Below, one piece after another: positions 53,036 through 62,015 of a stretch of DNA of 64,000 nucleotides; within the stretch, counting starts at the first letter, position 1, and the number at the start of each line of letters is the position of its first letter. Position numbers and translations under genes: made by a program. The stretch is from an uncultured Clostridia bacterium (GTDB lineage: Bacteria; Bacillota; Clostridia; Christensenellales; UBA1242): the NCBI GenBank assembly GCA_944377305.1, contig CALWEL010000003.1, forward strand, positions 26,902 through 90,901. Direction: 5' to 3'. Under the pieces are notes generated by a model. That model was not told the DNA's origin and ran no database searches. It saw only the letters and a list, made by a program, of their open reading frames with translations.

Positions 53036-54247
53036 ATGATAGATTTAACTACAGCGCAAAGCGCTTTGAAAGATGCGTATTTGGTTGCTGCTTGCAATCA
53101 ATTGAATACGAAAACAAATCCTCTGTTTGCAAAGATCAAACAATCTTCATCAGATGTCTATGGCAGACAAATTATCAAAGTAGCACCAGTTGGACTGAAT
53201 GGTGGAGTTGGAGCAGGTAGTGAAACTGGCAAACTACCTACGGCCAATGAAAACAATTATGTTCAGTTCAAGACTACATTAAAAAATCTCTATGGAACAA
53301 TTGAAATTAGCGACAAAGCAATTAGGGCAAGTAGCAACAATAGCGGAGCGTTCATAGATTTATTGAATGCAGAGATGGAAGGATTGTTGACCGCATCCAA
53401 ATTTAATCTTAGTCGTATGTTGTATGGCGATGGAACGGGGGCTGTCGGAACAGTCATTTCGTACGCTTCTGGTGTGGCAACAATGGATAGTGTGAAAAAT
53501 CTAATAGAGGGTATGGTAATTGATGTTTATTCGTCCACAGGTACGATCACATCAAATGTCGGACTAAGAATCGCGTATGTAGACAGAGTGAACAAGAAAG
53601 TAAGTTTCACCACCACCCCTGCAACTATGAATGCAAATGATGTGTTCTATGTACAAGGCAGTAAAGGGAATGAAATCACCGGGCTTGGCGCGATATTCAA
53701 CACGGCTGGCACTTTATATGGGCTAGATAGGACAAACAATCAATGGTTAAATCCATATATTAGTACTACTAGTCAAGAGGTTAGTGATTCAATACTCCAA
53801 AGTGCAGTAGATTTCTTGGAAGAAAATAGTGGATCTACAATTGATTTTATTACTTGCGGAGCGGGCGCAAAACGAGCATATCAGCAGTATCTTGCTTGTT
53901 ATAGGCGCAATATTGACGTCACAGTACTAGCTGGCGGATACAAGGCAATGACCTTCAATGGAATTCCTATTGTATCTGATAGATTTATTCCAGACGATAC
54001 AATATATCTTTTGGACACTAGCAAATTCACATTGCATCAGTTGTGTGATTGGGAATGGATTGAAGGAGAAGGAGGCAAGATCCTACGTCAAAAAGCTGGA
54101 TATCCTGCTTATACAGCAACTTTAGTAAAATACGCGGATTTGATCTGCGATTTACCAAGTGGGCAAGCCAAATTCACAAATATCAAATCTACTGTCACCA
54201 ATCCGTTTGCTAGCATCGTGGAGATGAACAGCAATAGCGAAACTTAA
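53036..54247 (+). CDS. major capsid protein (by position and size)
   Basis: 403 aa with RBS AGGAGA. Immediately follows the scaffold-like gene. Gly/Thr/Ala-rich composition differs from neighbouring genes. Confidence 0.65.
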   Translation: MIDLTTAQSALKDAYLVAACNQLNTKTNPLFAKIKQSSSDVYGRQIIKVAPVGLNGGVGAGSETGKLPTANENNYVQFKTTLKNLYGTIEISDKAIRASSNNSGAFIDLLNAEMEGLLTASKFNLSRMLYGDGTGAVGTVISYASGVATMDSVKNLIEGMVIDVYSSTGTITSNVGLRIAYVDRVNKKVSFTTTPATMNANDVFYVQGSKGNEITGLGAIFNTAGTLYGLDRTNNQWLNPYISTTSQEVSDSILQSAVDFLEENSGSTIDFITCGAGAKRAYQQYLACYRRNIDVTVLAGGYKAMTFNGIPIVSDRFIPDDTIYLLDTSKFTLHQLCDWEWIEGEGGKILRQKAGYPAYTATLVKYADLICDLPSGQAKFTNIKSTVTNPFASIVEMNSNSET

Positions 54248-54264
54248 AATATCAAAGGAGTGTT

Positions 54265-54591
54265 ATGAAAATCAAAATCAATAGTGATGTATATGGAATT
54301 GCAAAACGGATTAAATATATAGATAAGGATTATTATATTCTTTATAATACATCTACACGCGTTTTTGAACTTCATAATTCTTCACAAAGAGACAGTACAT
54401 ATTGTTTAACATTACCATACGATACACTAGATTTTCGTGTATTGGTATATACTTTTGAGAGTAGAAGTACAAATATTGATAAGATAGTAGAAAAAATTGA
54501 AAACGACAACAAATTAAGGGAGAACGCCGACACGAGAAGCGTTCTCTCTCAATTTAATGATACACTTGAAACAGAAATGAAAAGGAGTTAG
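54265..54591 (+). CDS. hypothetical phage protein
   Basis: 108 aa with RBS AAAGGAG. Confidence 0.45.
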   Translation: MKIKINSDVYGIAKRIKYIDKDYYILYNTSTRVFELHNSSQRDSTYCLTLPYDTLDFRVLVYTFESRSTNIDKIVEKIENDNKLRENADTRSVLSQFNDTLETEMKRS

Positions 54592-54592
54592 T

Positions 54593-55153
54593 ATGAAGAT
54601 ACTAGATATAATAAAAAATAGTGCAGAACTTTTAGGTTTAAATAATGAACGTGATCTATTGGATAATGCTACGACTTCAGCCGAAGAAAATTTACTTGAA
54701 AATTTGGAAATCAAAAAATTGTTTAATTTAATTAAATTTTCAATTCAAGAGTTGTGTACGCATTATATACCATTATTTACGAGTCAAGAAATCAGTACAA
54801 CGAATAAAAAATTTGCTTTGAGCAATTTGAATAATTTTATTCGTGTAAATAATGTGTATAAAGATGACAAGCCTATAAAATTTAAAATTATCAATAGAAA
54901 TCTAGAATTTTCTGAAAATGGTATTTATACTGTCAAGTACACCACATATCCCGCGGTCAATTCAATATTTGATGACATAGATTTTCTGGCTAATTTTGGC
55001 TTGGATGTTATCTGTTTTGGACTATGCGCTTATTATTGCCTAGCGAACGGAATGTTTCAAGATTTTGAATCATTTCATAATAGTTATATTTCAAAAGCTG
55101 AGAGTATAAAAGACTTAAGAATTTTTGAACTCCCCGCAAGGAGATGGGAATGA
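54593..55153 (+). CDS. hypothetical phage protein (head-completion/adaptor position)
   Basis: 186 aa with RBS AAAGGAG. Starts 1 nt after the preceding stop. Confidence 0.45.
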   Translation: MKILDIIKNSAELLGLNNERDLLDNATTSAEENLLENLEIKKLFNLIKFSIQELCTHYIPLFTSQEISTTNKKFALSNLNNFIRVNNVYKDDKPIKFKIINRNLEFSENGIYTVKYTTYPAVNSIFDDIDFLANFGLDVICFGLCAYYCLANGMFQDFESFHNSYISKAESIKDLRIFELPARRWE

Positions 55154-56574
55154 AAGAAAAAAAGCGCATAGAAATCGACACTTTCAATAATTTTAATTCA
55201 TCAAACAACATTTATACAGAGAAATTTTATAATTTTTTTCCATCAAATAAATTGTCTTCTTCTCAAGGTGTGGCAGTTGCGAAATTTCCAAAGATGTATA
55301 CCGATATGACAGAAGAAGAATTGGATATTGAAGATTTGGATATAAATTCGGTGTGCGGTGTCAGTTATTTCAAGATGTATTTCCCAGATAGTCAGAATAC
55401 TCAACATAGAATTTTGATCTATGGGGATGACAACAAAGTTTACATTAATCAACTTTTTAGTGGCTCATCTATGCTGTTATGGTTATTTAACCTGCAATTC
55501 AATAGTCCGCCAGTTAGTCTTTCGTATAAAACGGACGACACAGATTCAATTATTTTGACAAGCTCGGACAAAATGGTAGTTTGGCATACAAATTATTCAC
55601 CTTATGAAATTGAAAATGTGCCTATCATTACTAGTATGTGTATGAATGATGAAGTATTGTTTTGTACAATTAAAGATCCCGCATTCAAAATATGGTATGC
55701 AACGAATTTAGATGCTGAGAATGTTGGTCAAGTCAGTGCGGAGTCTGGATATATTTCACTCGAAGATGATTTGGGATATTCAAGAAAAATTTTGACATTC
55801 AATGAGGACATTTATGTATTTAGAGATTATGGTATATCAAAAATAAATTATATCAAAAATGATATATCTGTCAGCCAGATATATCTGTCAAATACAAAGA
55901 TTTATGCTGACACGGTTTCTATTTGTGGTAACGTAATTATGTTTATGACAAAGGATGGGATATATTCTTTCAATGGAGTGAAGGTCACAAAAACAGATGT
56001 AAATATTAAAACCCTCCTTCCATCTACAAATGAGCATACTACTGCGTCTTCATTGGGACAAAAATATTATTTAGCACTGCGCTTAAATTTTAATGATAAC
56101 AAAGAAATACTATGTGAAACTGGAGATTATGTAAATAACGCATTGGTAATAATTGACATTATAGATTATTCGTATGAAATCATACGTGGAGTAGATATAA
56201 AAAGTTTACTGCCTGTGAAAACGGAATTGTTTGAAAAAATGCTTGTCACTTTCAATACAATAAATAACTCACAATTGGGACAAATTGTAGAAACATCATC
56301 TTGCTTTGATACTAGTTTACCGAAATATTGGCAAAGTAGCAATTTGACAAACAATTTTAATACCAAATTGTTCACCAAACTGTCAATTCAAGCGAGTGAA
56401 AATGTCACGTTCAACCTGATATATGATGACAAAAACATTTCATTTTCTACTTATAAAGATGGATTGAACGAATTTTGTTTCAAAATATTGTGCAAACAAG
56501 TTAAATTGGAAATATCTTCCAATGAAACTAATGCAAGTGTAGATAAAGTCGTGCTAGATTATTATGAATATTGA
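55144..56574 (+). CDS. hypothetical 476-aa phage structural-position protein
   Basis: 10-nt overlap with the upstream ORF. Beta-rich sequence. No family recognised. Confidence 0.5.
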   Translation: MGMKEKKRIEIDTFNNFNSSNNIYTEKFYNFFPSNKLSSSQGVAVAKFPKMYTDMTEEELDIEDLDINSVCGVSYFKMYFPDSQNTQHRILIYGDDNKVYINQLFSGSSMLLWLFNLQFNSPPVSLSYKTDDTDSIILTSSDKMVVWHTNYSPYEIENVPIITSMCMNDEVLFCTIKDPAFKIWYATNLDAENVGQVSAESGYISLEDDLGYSRKILTFNEDIYVFRDYGISKINYIKNDISVSQIYLSNTKIYADTVSICGNVIMFMTKDGIYSFNGVKVTKTDVNIKTLLPSTNEHTTASSLGQKYYLALRLNFNDNKEILCETGDYVNNALVIIDIIDYSYEIIRGVDIKSLLPVKTELFEKMLVTFNTINNSQLGQIVETSSCFDTSLPKYWQSSNLTNNFNTKLFTKLSIQASENVTFNLIYDDKNISFSTYKDGLNEFCFKILCKQVKLEISSNETNASVDKVVLDYYEY

Positions 56575-56676
56575 TTTAAAAATATTAAGAAAATTGAATA
56601 TGTATTTTCAATATTTGTGCTCTGTAAAAAATTTTTTAGTTTTTGATGAAATATCAAAGATAGAAAAGGAGCAAAA

Positions 56677-57429
56677 ATGAATTGGAAAAAACGATTGACT
56701 AATTATAATTTTTGGATATCTATAGTCAGTGCAATTCTTCTCATTTTGCAAGCATTTGATATTAGTTTTGATATCGCTTACATAAATGAGATTGTCACTG
56801 CGGTACTAGGACTTTTGGTAGTAATAGGTATCATTAATGATCCAACGAAAACGAACAAAGATATTACATCATATTCGCAATCGGGGTCGGTAAATAAAGA
56901 GACAAAAACCGAGGAAAACACAATTGAAAATAATAAGACTCAATCAGAAACAGAAAATAGCAATGAAAAAAACATTGAACAGATCAATACAAATATAGAG
57001 ACAATTGAAAGTCCAAATATTGACATACCCACTCAAAAAGAAAATAAAAATTATATTCTTGATAGCGAAAATAATTATGAAGTTTTTGTAAATAAGATTT
57101 ATTCTGATTTGAATGAAATGAAGACAAATTTGGGAAAATTGTATGCAAATGCGGAAGGTCAAATTATTGAAAAAAATTTAAAAAACAAAGAAAATGATAA
57201 AGATATTCAAGAAAATTCAATCAAAAATGTAAAATATTTAGAAAATTCTAATAATTTGACTGAGAAAATTGAAAATTTTAGCAATAATGAAAATGATATA
57301 AAAAACAATGTGGACGAACAAATCAATGAAATAAATATTGAAAATGTAAATTCTTTTCCAGACGGCATTTTATCTGACAGTAATGAAAATTCAGATGTCC
57401 AAACTGCATTTAAAATAGTAAATGATTAA
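56677..57429 (+). CDS. holin-type (phi-LC3/Phage_holin_1-like) N-terminal domain fused to a long N/E/K-rich tail
   Basis: MNWKKRLTNYNFWISIVSAILLILQAF...VTAVLGLLVVIGIINDPT matches the start and NDPT end of that holin family as I recall it. About 185 aa of low-complexity sequence follows. RBS AAAGGAG. Confidence 0.6.
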   Translation: MNWKKRLTNYNFWISIVSAILLILQAFDISFDIAYINEIVTAVLGLLVVIGIINDPTKTNKDITSYSQSGSVNKETKTEENTIENNKTQSETENSNEKNIEQINTNIETIESPNIDIPTQKENKNYILDSENNYEVFVNKIYSDLNEMKTNLGKLYANAEGQIIEKNLKNKENDKDIQENSIKNVKYLENSNNLTEKIENFSNNENDIKNNVDEQINEINIENVNSFPDGILSDSNENSDVQTAFKIVND

Positions 57430-57544
57430 ATATATCTTAAATAAAAAGATATTAGACAAATTGTTTTATGAAAAATTTATTTTAATACCTAATCATATTT
57501 ATATTTACAATTGTAGGTAAAATTATAAGATCAATTTAATAGTT

Positions 57545-57574
57545 AAAAAAATGAGTCGTACGACTCATTTTTTA
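57545..57574. terminator. bidirectional intrinsic terminator
   Basis: aaaaaa-atgagtc-gtac-gactcat-tttttt. Serves the + strand island and the - strand tRNA. Confidence 0.75.
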
Positions 57575-57577
57575 TTT

Positions 57578-57652
57578 TGGCTGGGGTAGGTAGATTCGAA
57601 CTACCGAATGCTGGATTCAGAGACCAGAGCCTTACCGCTTGGCGATACCCCA
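57578..57652 (-). tRNA. tRNA-Gln (anticodon CUG)
   Basis: Minus strand: TGGGGTA TC GCCAAGCGGTAAGGC T CTGGT CTCTGAA TCCAG CATTC GGTAG TTCGAAT CTACC TACCCCA G CCA. Has a U1:A72 pair and an encoded CCA. The first 24 nt are identical to E. coli tRNA-Gln as I recall it. Confidence 0.9.
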
Positions 57653-57664
57653 ACGGACTTTTAT

Positions 57665-57692
57665 ATTATAGCATAAAAATATTATTTTGCAA
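57665..57692 (-). promoter_or_regulatory. promoter of tRNA-Gln
   Basis: Minus strand TTGCAA-16 nt-TGcTATAAT, ending about 12 nt upstream of the tRNA 5' end. Confidence 0.55.
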
Positions 57693-57754
57693 CAAATTTT
57701 TGAAAATTGTTAAAAATAGTATTTAATTTGATACAAATTCAATTATTTTAATAC

Positions 57755-57783
57755 TTGACAATATTAAATATTATGTTTATAAT
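57755..57783 (+). promoter_or_regulatory. consensus sigmaA promoter placed for a leaderless transcript
   Basis: TTGACA-17 nt-TATAAT. The ATG at 57790 begins 7 nt after the -10 hexamer and no SD is present. Confidence 0.5.
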
Positions 57784-57789
57784 TTATCT

Positions 57790-58341
57790 ATGAAAAGAAA
57801 TAGAGATGTGAATCTGATTATTATCAATCTTAAAAAGATGTCAGATTTTTATTCTTCATTTTCAGATGATGAGAATAGGATTATCAATGGTGAGATCATT
57901 GATTATGTGGAAGAGTGCGTGCAAGAGCTTGATAACAAAAATCCTATTGAGTTTGAGATTAAAGTTCAAAGAAAATCATCCAAAGTTGATATATCTACAG
58001 CGAAGAGGACTTATGTCAATTATTATCAAAAAGAGATTAAGCAAGACAATCACAATATGCAAAGATTAGGAATTATTGCTCTAATTTTCTTCTTGATAGG
58101 TTGCTCTCTTGCTGTATTGATTCATCAATTATCATTAATCGATACACCTTATATCGTGATGATTTTGCTTGAAATCACCATGTGGGTGTTCGTCACTGAA
58201 TTCGTGGATACTGCCTGTTTGAAAATGTCGGTAGAGATAATCCATAGGAATCGGCACACAAGATTAAGAAATGCAAAATTTATAGTATTTTTAGATGAGG
58301 AAAATGAAAATGAACACAACGAAAAAAAATATTTTAGTTAA
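57790..58341 (+). CDS. hypothetical membrane protein
   Basis: 183 aa. Two central TM helices (LGIIALIFFLIGCSLAVLI and IVMILLEITMWVFVTEFV). Confidence 0.5.
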   Translation: MKRNRDVNLIIINLKKMSDFYSSFSDDENRIINGEIIDYVEECVQELDNKNPIEFEIKVQRKSSKVDISTAKRTYVNYYQKEIKQDNHNMQRLGIIALIFFLIGCSLAVLIHQLSLIDTPYIVMILLEITMWVFVTEFVDTACLKMSVEIIHRNRHTRLRNAKFIVFLDEENENEHNEKKYFS

Positions 58342-59125
58342 TATTAACAAAGGGTACATCAGACATTTTTTAGCAATGATCAATTCGCTCGCCTTAAATA
58401 ATCAAGCTAGTCAATTTGATGTTTATATTATGCATAGTGATTTGCAGGATGAAGATAAGGGTTATATCCGCACGATGACACAAGCGAACATTAATCCTAT
58501 ATATATTTATATGGATAGTGCAATATTTAAGGGAGCACCTAAGGTGAAACGTTATCCTTATGAGATTTATTATAGAATCTTTGCGCCAATTATGTTGCCA
58601 GAAAGCGTGGATAGGATCTTGTATCTTGACTCAGATATGATCGTTCATAATAATATAGACGAGCTGTACAATATGAATTTTGAAGGCAATTATTTTATCG
58701 CGTGCACGCAGATCCGTAGTTTTATGCAGTGGTTCAATCGAATTAGACTGACTGTAGGTAAGAATCATTATTACATTAACACTGGCGTAATGGTGATGAA
58801 TATCAAAGAATTGCGCGGTGTGATAGATACCAATAAAATCTTTAAGTTTATCAAATCAAATGGATGGAGAATGTGCCTATATGATCAAGATGTGATCTTC
58901 AAATTTTTTGGGGATAAAATTCGTCTTGTAGATCCGAGATTTTATAATTTATCTGATAGATACATAATGTTTTATAATTTGCGCAAGCCTAAGCACAAAA
59001 TAGATGCCGATTGGGTGGCAAATAATAATGTCATAATTCATTATTTAGGGAAAAATAAGCCTTGGAAGGATAATTACAAAGGAATATTGAAAAACTATTA
59101 TCATACATACTCAGTGAAGAAATGA
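58304..59125 (+). CDS. family 8 glycosyltransferase
   Basis: YLDSDMIV (DxD), INTGVMVMN and HYLGKNKPW are typical of GT8. Start chosen at ATG 58304. Confidence 0.75.
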   Translation: MKMNTTKKNILVNINKGYIRHFLAMINSLALNNQASQFDVYIMHSDLQDEDKGYIRTMTQANINPIYIYMDSAIFKGAPKVKRYPYEIYYRIFAPIMLPESVDRILYLDSDMIVHNNIDELYNMNFEGNYFIACTQIRSFMQWFNRIRLTVGKNHYYINTGVMVMNIKELRGVIDTNKIFKFIKSNGWRMCLYDQDVIFKFFGDKIRLVDPRFYNLSDRYIMFYNLRKPKHKIDADWVANNNVIIHYLGKNKPWKDNYKGILKNYYHTYSVKK

Positions 59126-60672
59126 AAAAAATATTTAAGATTATTTTTAGTCGAATGACCTTGGTGATAATTGCAATTATATTGCAACTGGGTATTTCAG
59201 TTTTATTGCCATATATTATTAATCATTTTTATCCGCTTGTTTTCAACCATTATTATGTGCAAATTGACTTGATTATAAATGCGATTGGGATCATTTTGTT
59301 GATTCATATTATCAACACAGATATGCATATTGAGGGGCAACTAACTTGGGCAATTCTATTATTAATGGCACCAATTTTTGGTATTATTATATACTTTTTG
59401 TTCGTTAGACGCCGTCCGCCAAGAAGACATAAAAAATTCTATGACAAGGTGGCACAAGAGATCAAACAATATGAGGTCAAATATAAAGAAGAAGATGATC
59501 ATTTAAAACAAAAATTGGGTACATATTATGGTCAATTTCAATATATTTATAATGCTACAGGTTTAAAGACTTTTGAAAATTCGGATGTGAAATATTTACG
59601 CCTTGGTGAAGTTTTTTTTGCTGAATTATTGGACGAATTGCGTCTTGCAAAAAAATATATTTTTATGGAATACTTTGTGATAGAACAAGGCGAAATGTGG
59701 AACGCAATATTTAGCACACTAAAGAAAAAAGTGAAAGAGGGTGTTGAAGTTAGGGTAATGTATGACGATCTGGGCACTATCAACAAACTTCCAAATAATT
59801 TTGCAAAAAAATTGACAAAAATGGGAATAAAATGTGTGAAATTCAATTCATTCATACCAATAATGTCTGCAGTGCACAATAATCGGGACCATAGGAAGAT
59901 GACCATAATTGATGGAAAGGTTGGATTTATGAGCGGATTGAATATTGCTGATGAATATATCAATGTGAAAGTTCGCTTTGGACACTGGAAGGATTCTGGA
60001 CTAAAAATTACTGGCGATGCAGTAAAGAATATGTTGTTTATGTTTTTGCAATTATATGATGTCCAAAATCAAAAATTAGAGAATTTTGGAGCTTATCTTC
60101 CAAATGAAGTTACAGCGGTGAAATCTAGCGGATTTGTATGCCCGTATGGTGATGGTCCAAAATATTTTTATGACGATTATGTGGCGGAAAATGTATATTT
60201 AAATCTTATCAATCAGGCACAAAACTATTTATGGATTACCACTCCATATTTAATTATAGACAACAAATTGATGAATGCACTTTGCTCGGCAGCAAAGAGG
60301 GGAGTTGATGTGCGAATTATTACGCCACATATTCCAGACAAAAAAATTATATTTACTTTGACACGATCTAGTTATAAACCTCTTAAAAAGGCAGGTGTAA
60401 AAATATTTGAATATTCCAAAGGATTTATACATTCAAAACAAGTGATATGTGATGATGTTTTAGCTATTGTGGGTACAGTTAACTTTGATTATCGCAGTTT
60501 ACTACATCATTACGAATGTGCAACTTTGATGTATAAAACCGATTGTATAAAAGATATCAAACGAGATTTTGCCTATTTATTTACCATTTCAATAGATATG
60601 AAGGATTTTAAGCAAAATCCTTTTGTTCGCTTGATGTGTGCATTGATGAAAATATTCACACCGATGTTATAA
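59122..60672 (+). CDS. cls: cardiolipin synthase
   Basis: Two N-terminal TM helices. Two HKD motifs: HRKMTIIDGKVGFMSGLN and HSKQVICDDVLAIVGTVN. ATGA overlap with the GT8 gene. Confidence 0.9.
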   Translation: MKKIFKIIFSRMTLVIIAIILQLGISVLLPYIINHFYPLVFNHYYVQIDLIINAIGIILLIHIINTDMHIEGQLTWAILLLMAPIFGIIIYFLFVRRRPPRRHKKFYDKVAQEIKQYEVKYKEEDDHLKQKLGTYYGQFQYIYNATGLKTFENSDVKYLRLGEVFFAELLDELRLAKKYIFMEYFVIEQGEMWNAIFSTLKKKVKEGVEVRVMYDDLGTINKLPNNFAKKLTKMGIKCVKFNSFIPIMSAVHNNRDHRKMTIIDGKVGFMSGLNIADEYINVKVRFGHWKDSGLKITGDAVKNMLFMFLQLYDVQNQKLENFGAYLPNEVTAVKSSGFVCPYGDGPKYFYDDYVAENVYLNLINQAQNYLWITTPYLIIDNKLMNALCSAAKRGVDVRIITPHIPDKKIIFTLTRSSYKPLKKAGVKIFEYSKGFIHSKQVICDDVLAIVGTVNFDYRSLLHHYECATLMYKTDCIKDIKRDFAYLFTISIDMKDFKQNPFVRLMCALMKIFTPML

Positions 60673-61041
60673 TAATTTGAGATACAACAAAAATAGAAGT
60701 ATAATTTTAAAAAAAGGTGAACTATGATTACTGAAAATAATGAAAAAGATGTAGCTAATTTCTCAGATTTGAAGAAGATAATAAGATAGTAAAAACTTTC
60801 CACATAGAAAAAAATTATGACAAAAATATTAACTCAATATTATAAGAATCAAGAGAAAATCCAATTTTGGCAAAATAATTATAGTTTATCAAACATATTA
60901 ATTATTTTAATATAGATGGTGGTTAACATATTGGTAATATGAATGTAAATTCAATGTTAGAACAACCGACCAACAAGTTTTGCAGAAATTATAACGAATT
61001 GGGAAAAGAGGTGTTAGAAGAATTAAAAAGGTGATCGAATA

Positions 61042-61710
61042 ATGGAAATTAATGATTTAAATATAGAATATGATAAATTGCAACAAGAATATGGGGCTAA
61101 AGAATTAACATCCATATATAATGGCGGATGTTCAAATAGTCCAGATATATGTTTTGTATTTATGAATCCAACTGGAAAAAATATTGCATCTAACCCCCAC
61201 TGGAAAGGTAGAAAGTCGCCGTGGATAGGGACTAAAAATATATGGAAATTATTTTATAAAATTGGATTATTAAATGAAAGTATATATGATGAAATTCAAA
61301 GAAAAAAGCCACAGGAGTGGGATGAAAGATTTGCTGATATTGTATATGAAGATGTCGAAAAAAATAAATATTTTATAACTAATCTTGGGAAATGCACTCA
61401 AGTTGATGCAAGGATATTACCAAATTCAGTTTATGGTCAATATCTTGATTTGTTATGCAAAGAAATTGAAATAATTAATCCTAAAATAATTATAACTTTT
61501 GGTAACCAAGTTAGCTCCATTGTATTGAATAAAACTATATCAGTATCACAATGTAGGAAACAAAGTTTTCTAAAAAATATTGCTGGAAAAAATTATAGTA
61601 TATATCCTGTTTATTATCCTATTGGAAATGGAATGATGAATATGGATAAAGCAATAGAAGATTTAAATTATATTATAAAAATAAATTTTATAAATCAAAA
61701 AAATAAATAA
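61042..61710 (+). CDS. uracil-DNA glycosylase superfamily protein
   Basis: ICFVFMNPTGKN resembles the G-x-N-P-G type motif A of MUG/UDG-like enzymes. ITNLGKCT and FGNQVS follow. Subfamily not resolved. Confidence 0.5.
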   Translation: MEINDLNIEYDKLQQEYGAKELTSIYNGGCSNSPDICFVFMNPTGKNIASNPHWKGRKSPWIGTKNIWKLFYKIGLLNESIYDEIQRKKPQEWDERFADIVYEDVEKNKYFITNLGKCTQVDARILPNSVYGQYLDLLCKEIEIINPKIIITFGNQVSSIVLNKTISVSQCRKQSFLKNIAGKNYSIYPVYYPIGNGMMNMDKAIEDLNYIIKINFINQKNK

Positions 61711-61810
61711 ATTATTGATTTTGATAGATGATTAAAAAACTGGTCAGATAGTTAAAACAATCCTATATATTCCTATTAAATTAAGATATACAACACTTGT
61801 AGGAGGATAA

Positions 61811-62015
61811 ATGAAATACTATGATAGGGTAAGATTGATACACGATAGTAAATATTGCAAAGAACATCAACTAAAAGTAGGGGATGAAGGAGAAAGAATC
61901 TTTCTAGAAATTAGAGATAATACATTTTATGTAAGAATTGAAATAGGAGATGAAAAATTTTTATAATTTTTGTGATATAAAAATTGAAGATTTAGAATTG
62001 GTGAAGGTCGGATGA
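61811..62015 (+). pseudogene. small DUF4926-like ORF interrupted by a 1-nt frameshift in an A5T5 run
   Basis: Frame 1 MKYYDRVRLIHDSKYCKEHQLKVGDEGERIFLEIRDNTFYVRIEIGDEKFL* stops at 61966. The +1 frame continues NFCDIKIEDLELVKVG* to 62015. The shift site is gaaaaattttt (61952-61962). RBS AGGAGG. Confidence 0.4.

Larger units (their letters stand above)
47188..57429 (+). mobile_element. phage-derived packaging/head-morphogenesis island lacking integrase, tail and endolysin genes
   Basis: Co-directional regulator, TerL, portal, scaffold-like, capsid-position gene, three unknown ORFs and a holin-type gene. Ends at a bidirectional terminator and tRNA-Gln. Confidence 0.6.

Noticed and set aside
60720-61041. 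Short ORFs (21-32 aa) between cls and the UDG-like gene.
   Set aside because: They are too short and have no family features. Only the first has an SD-like GGTG. No call can be made.
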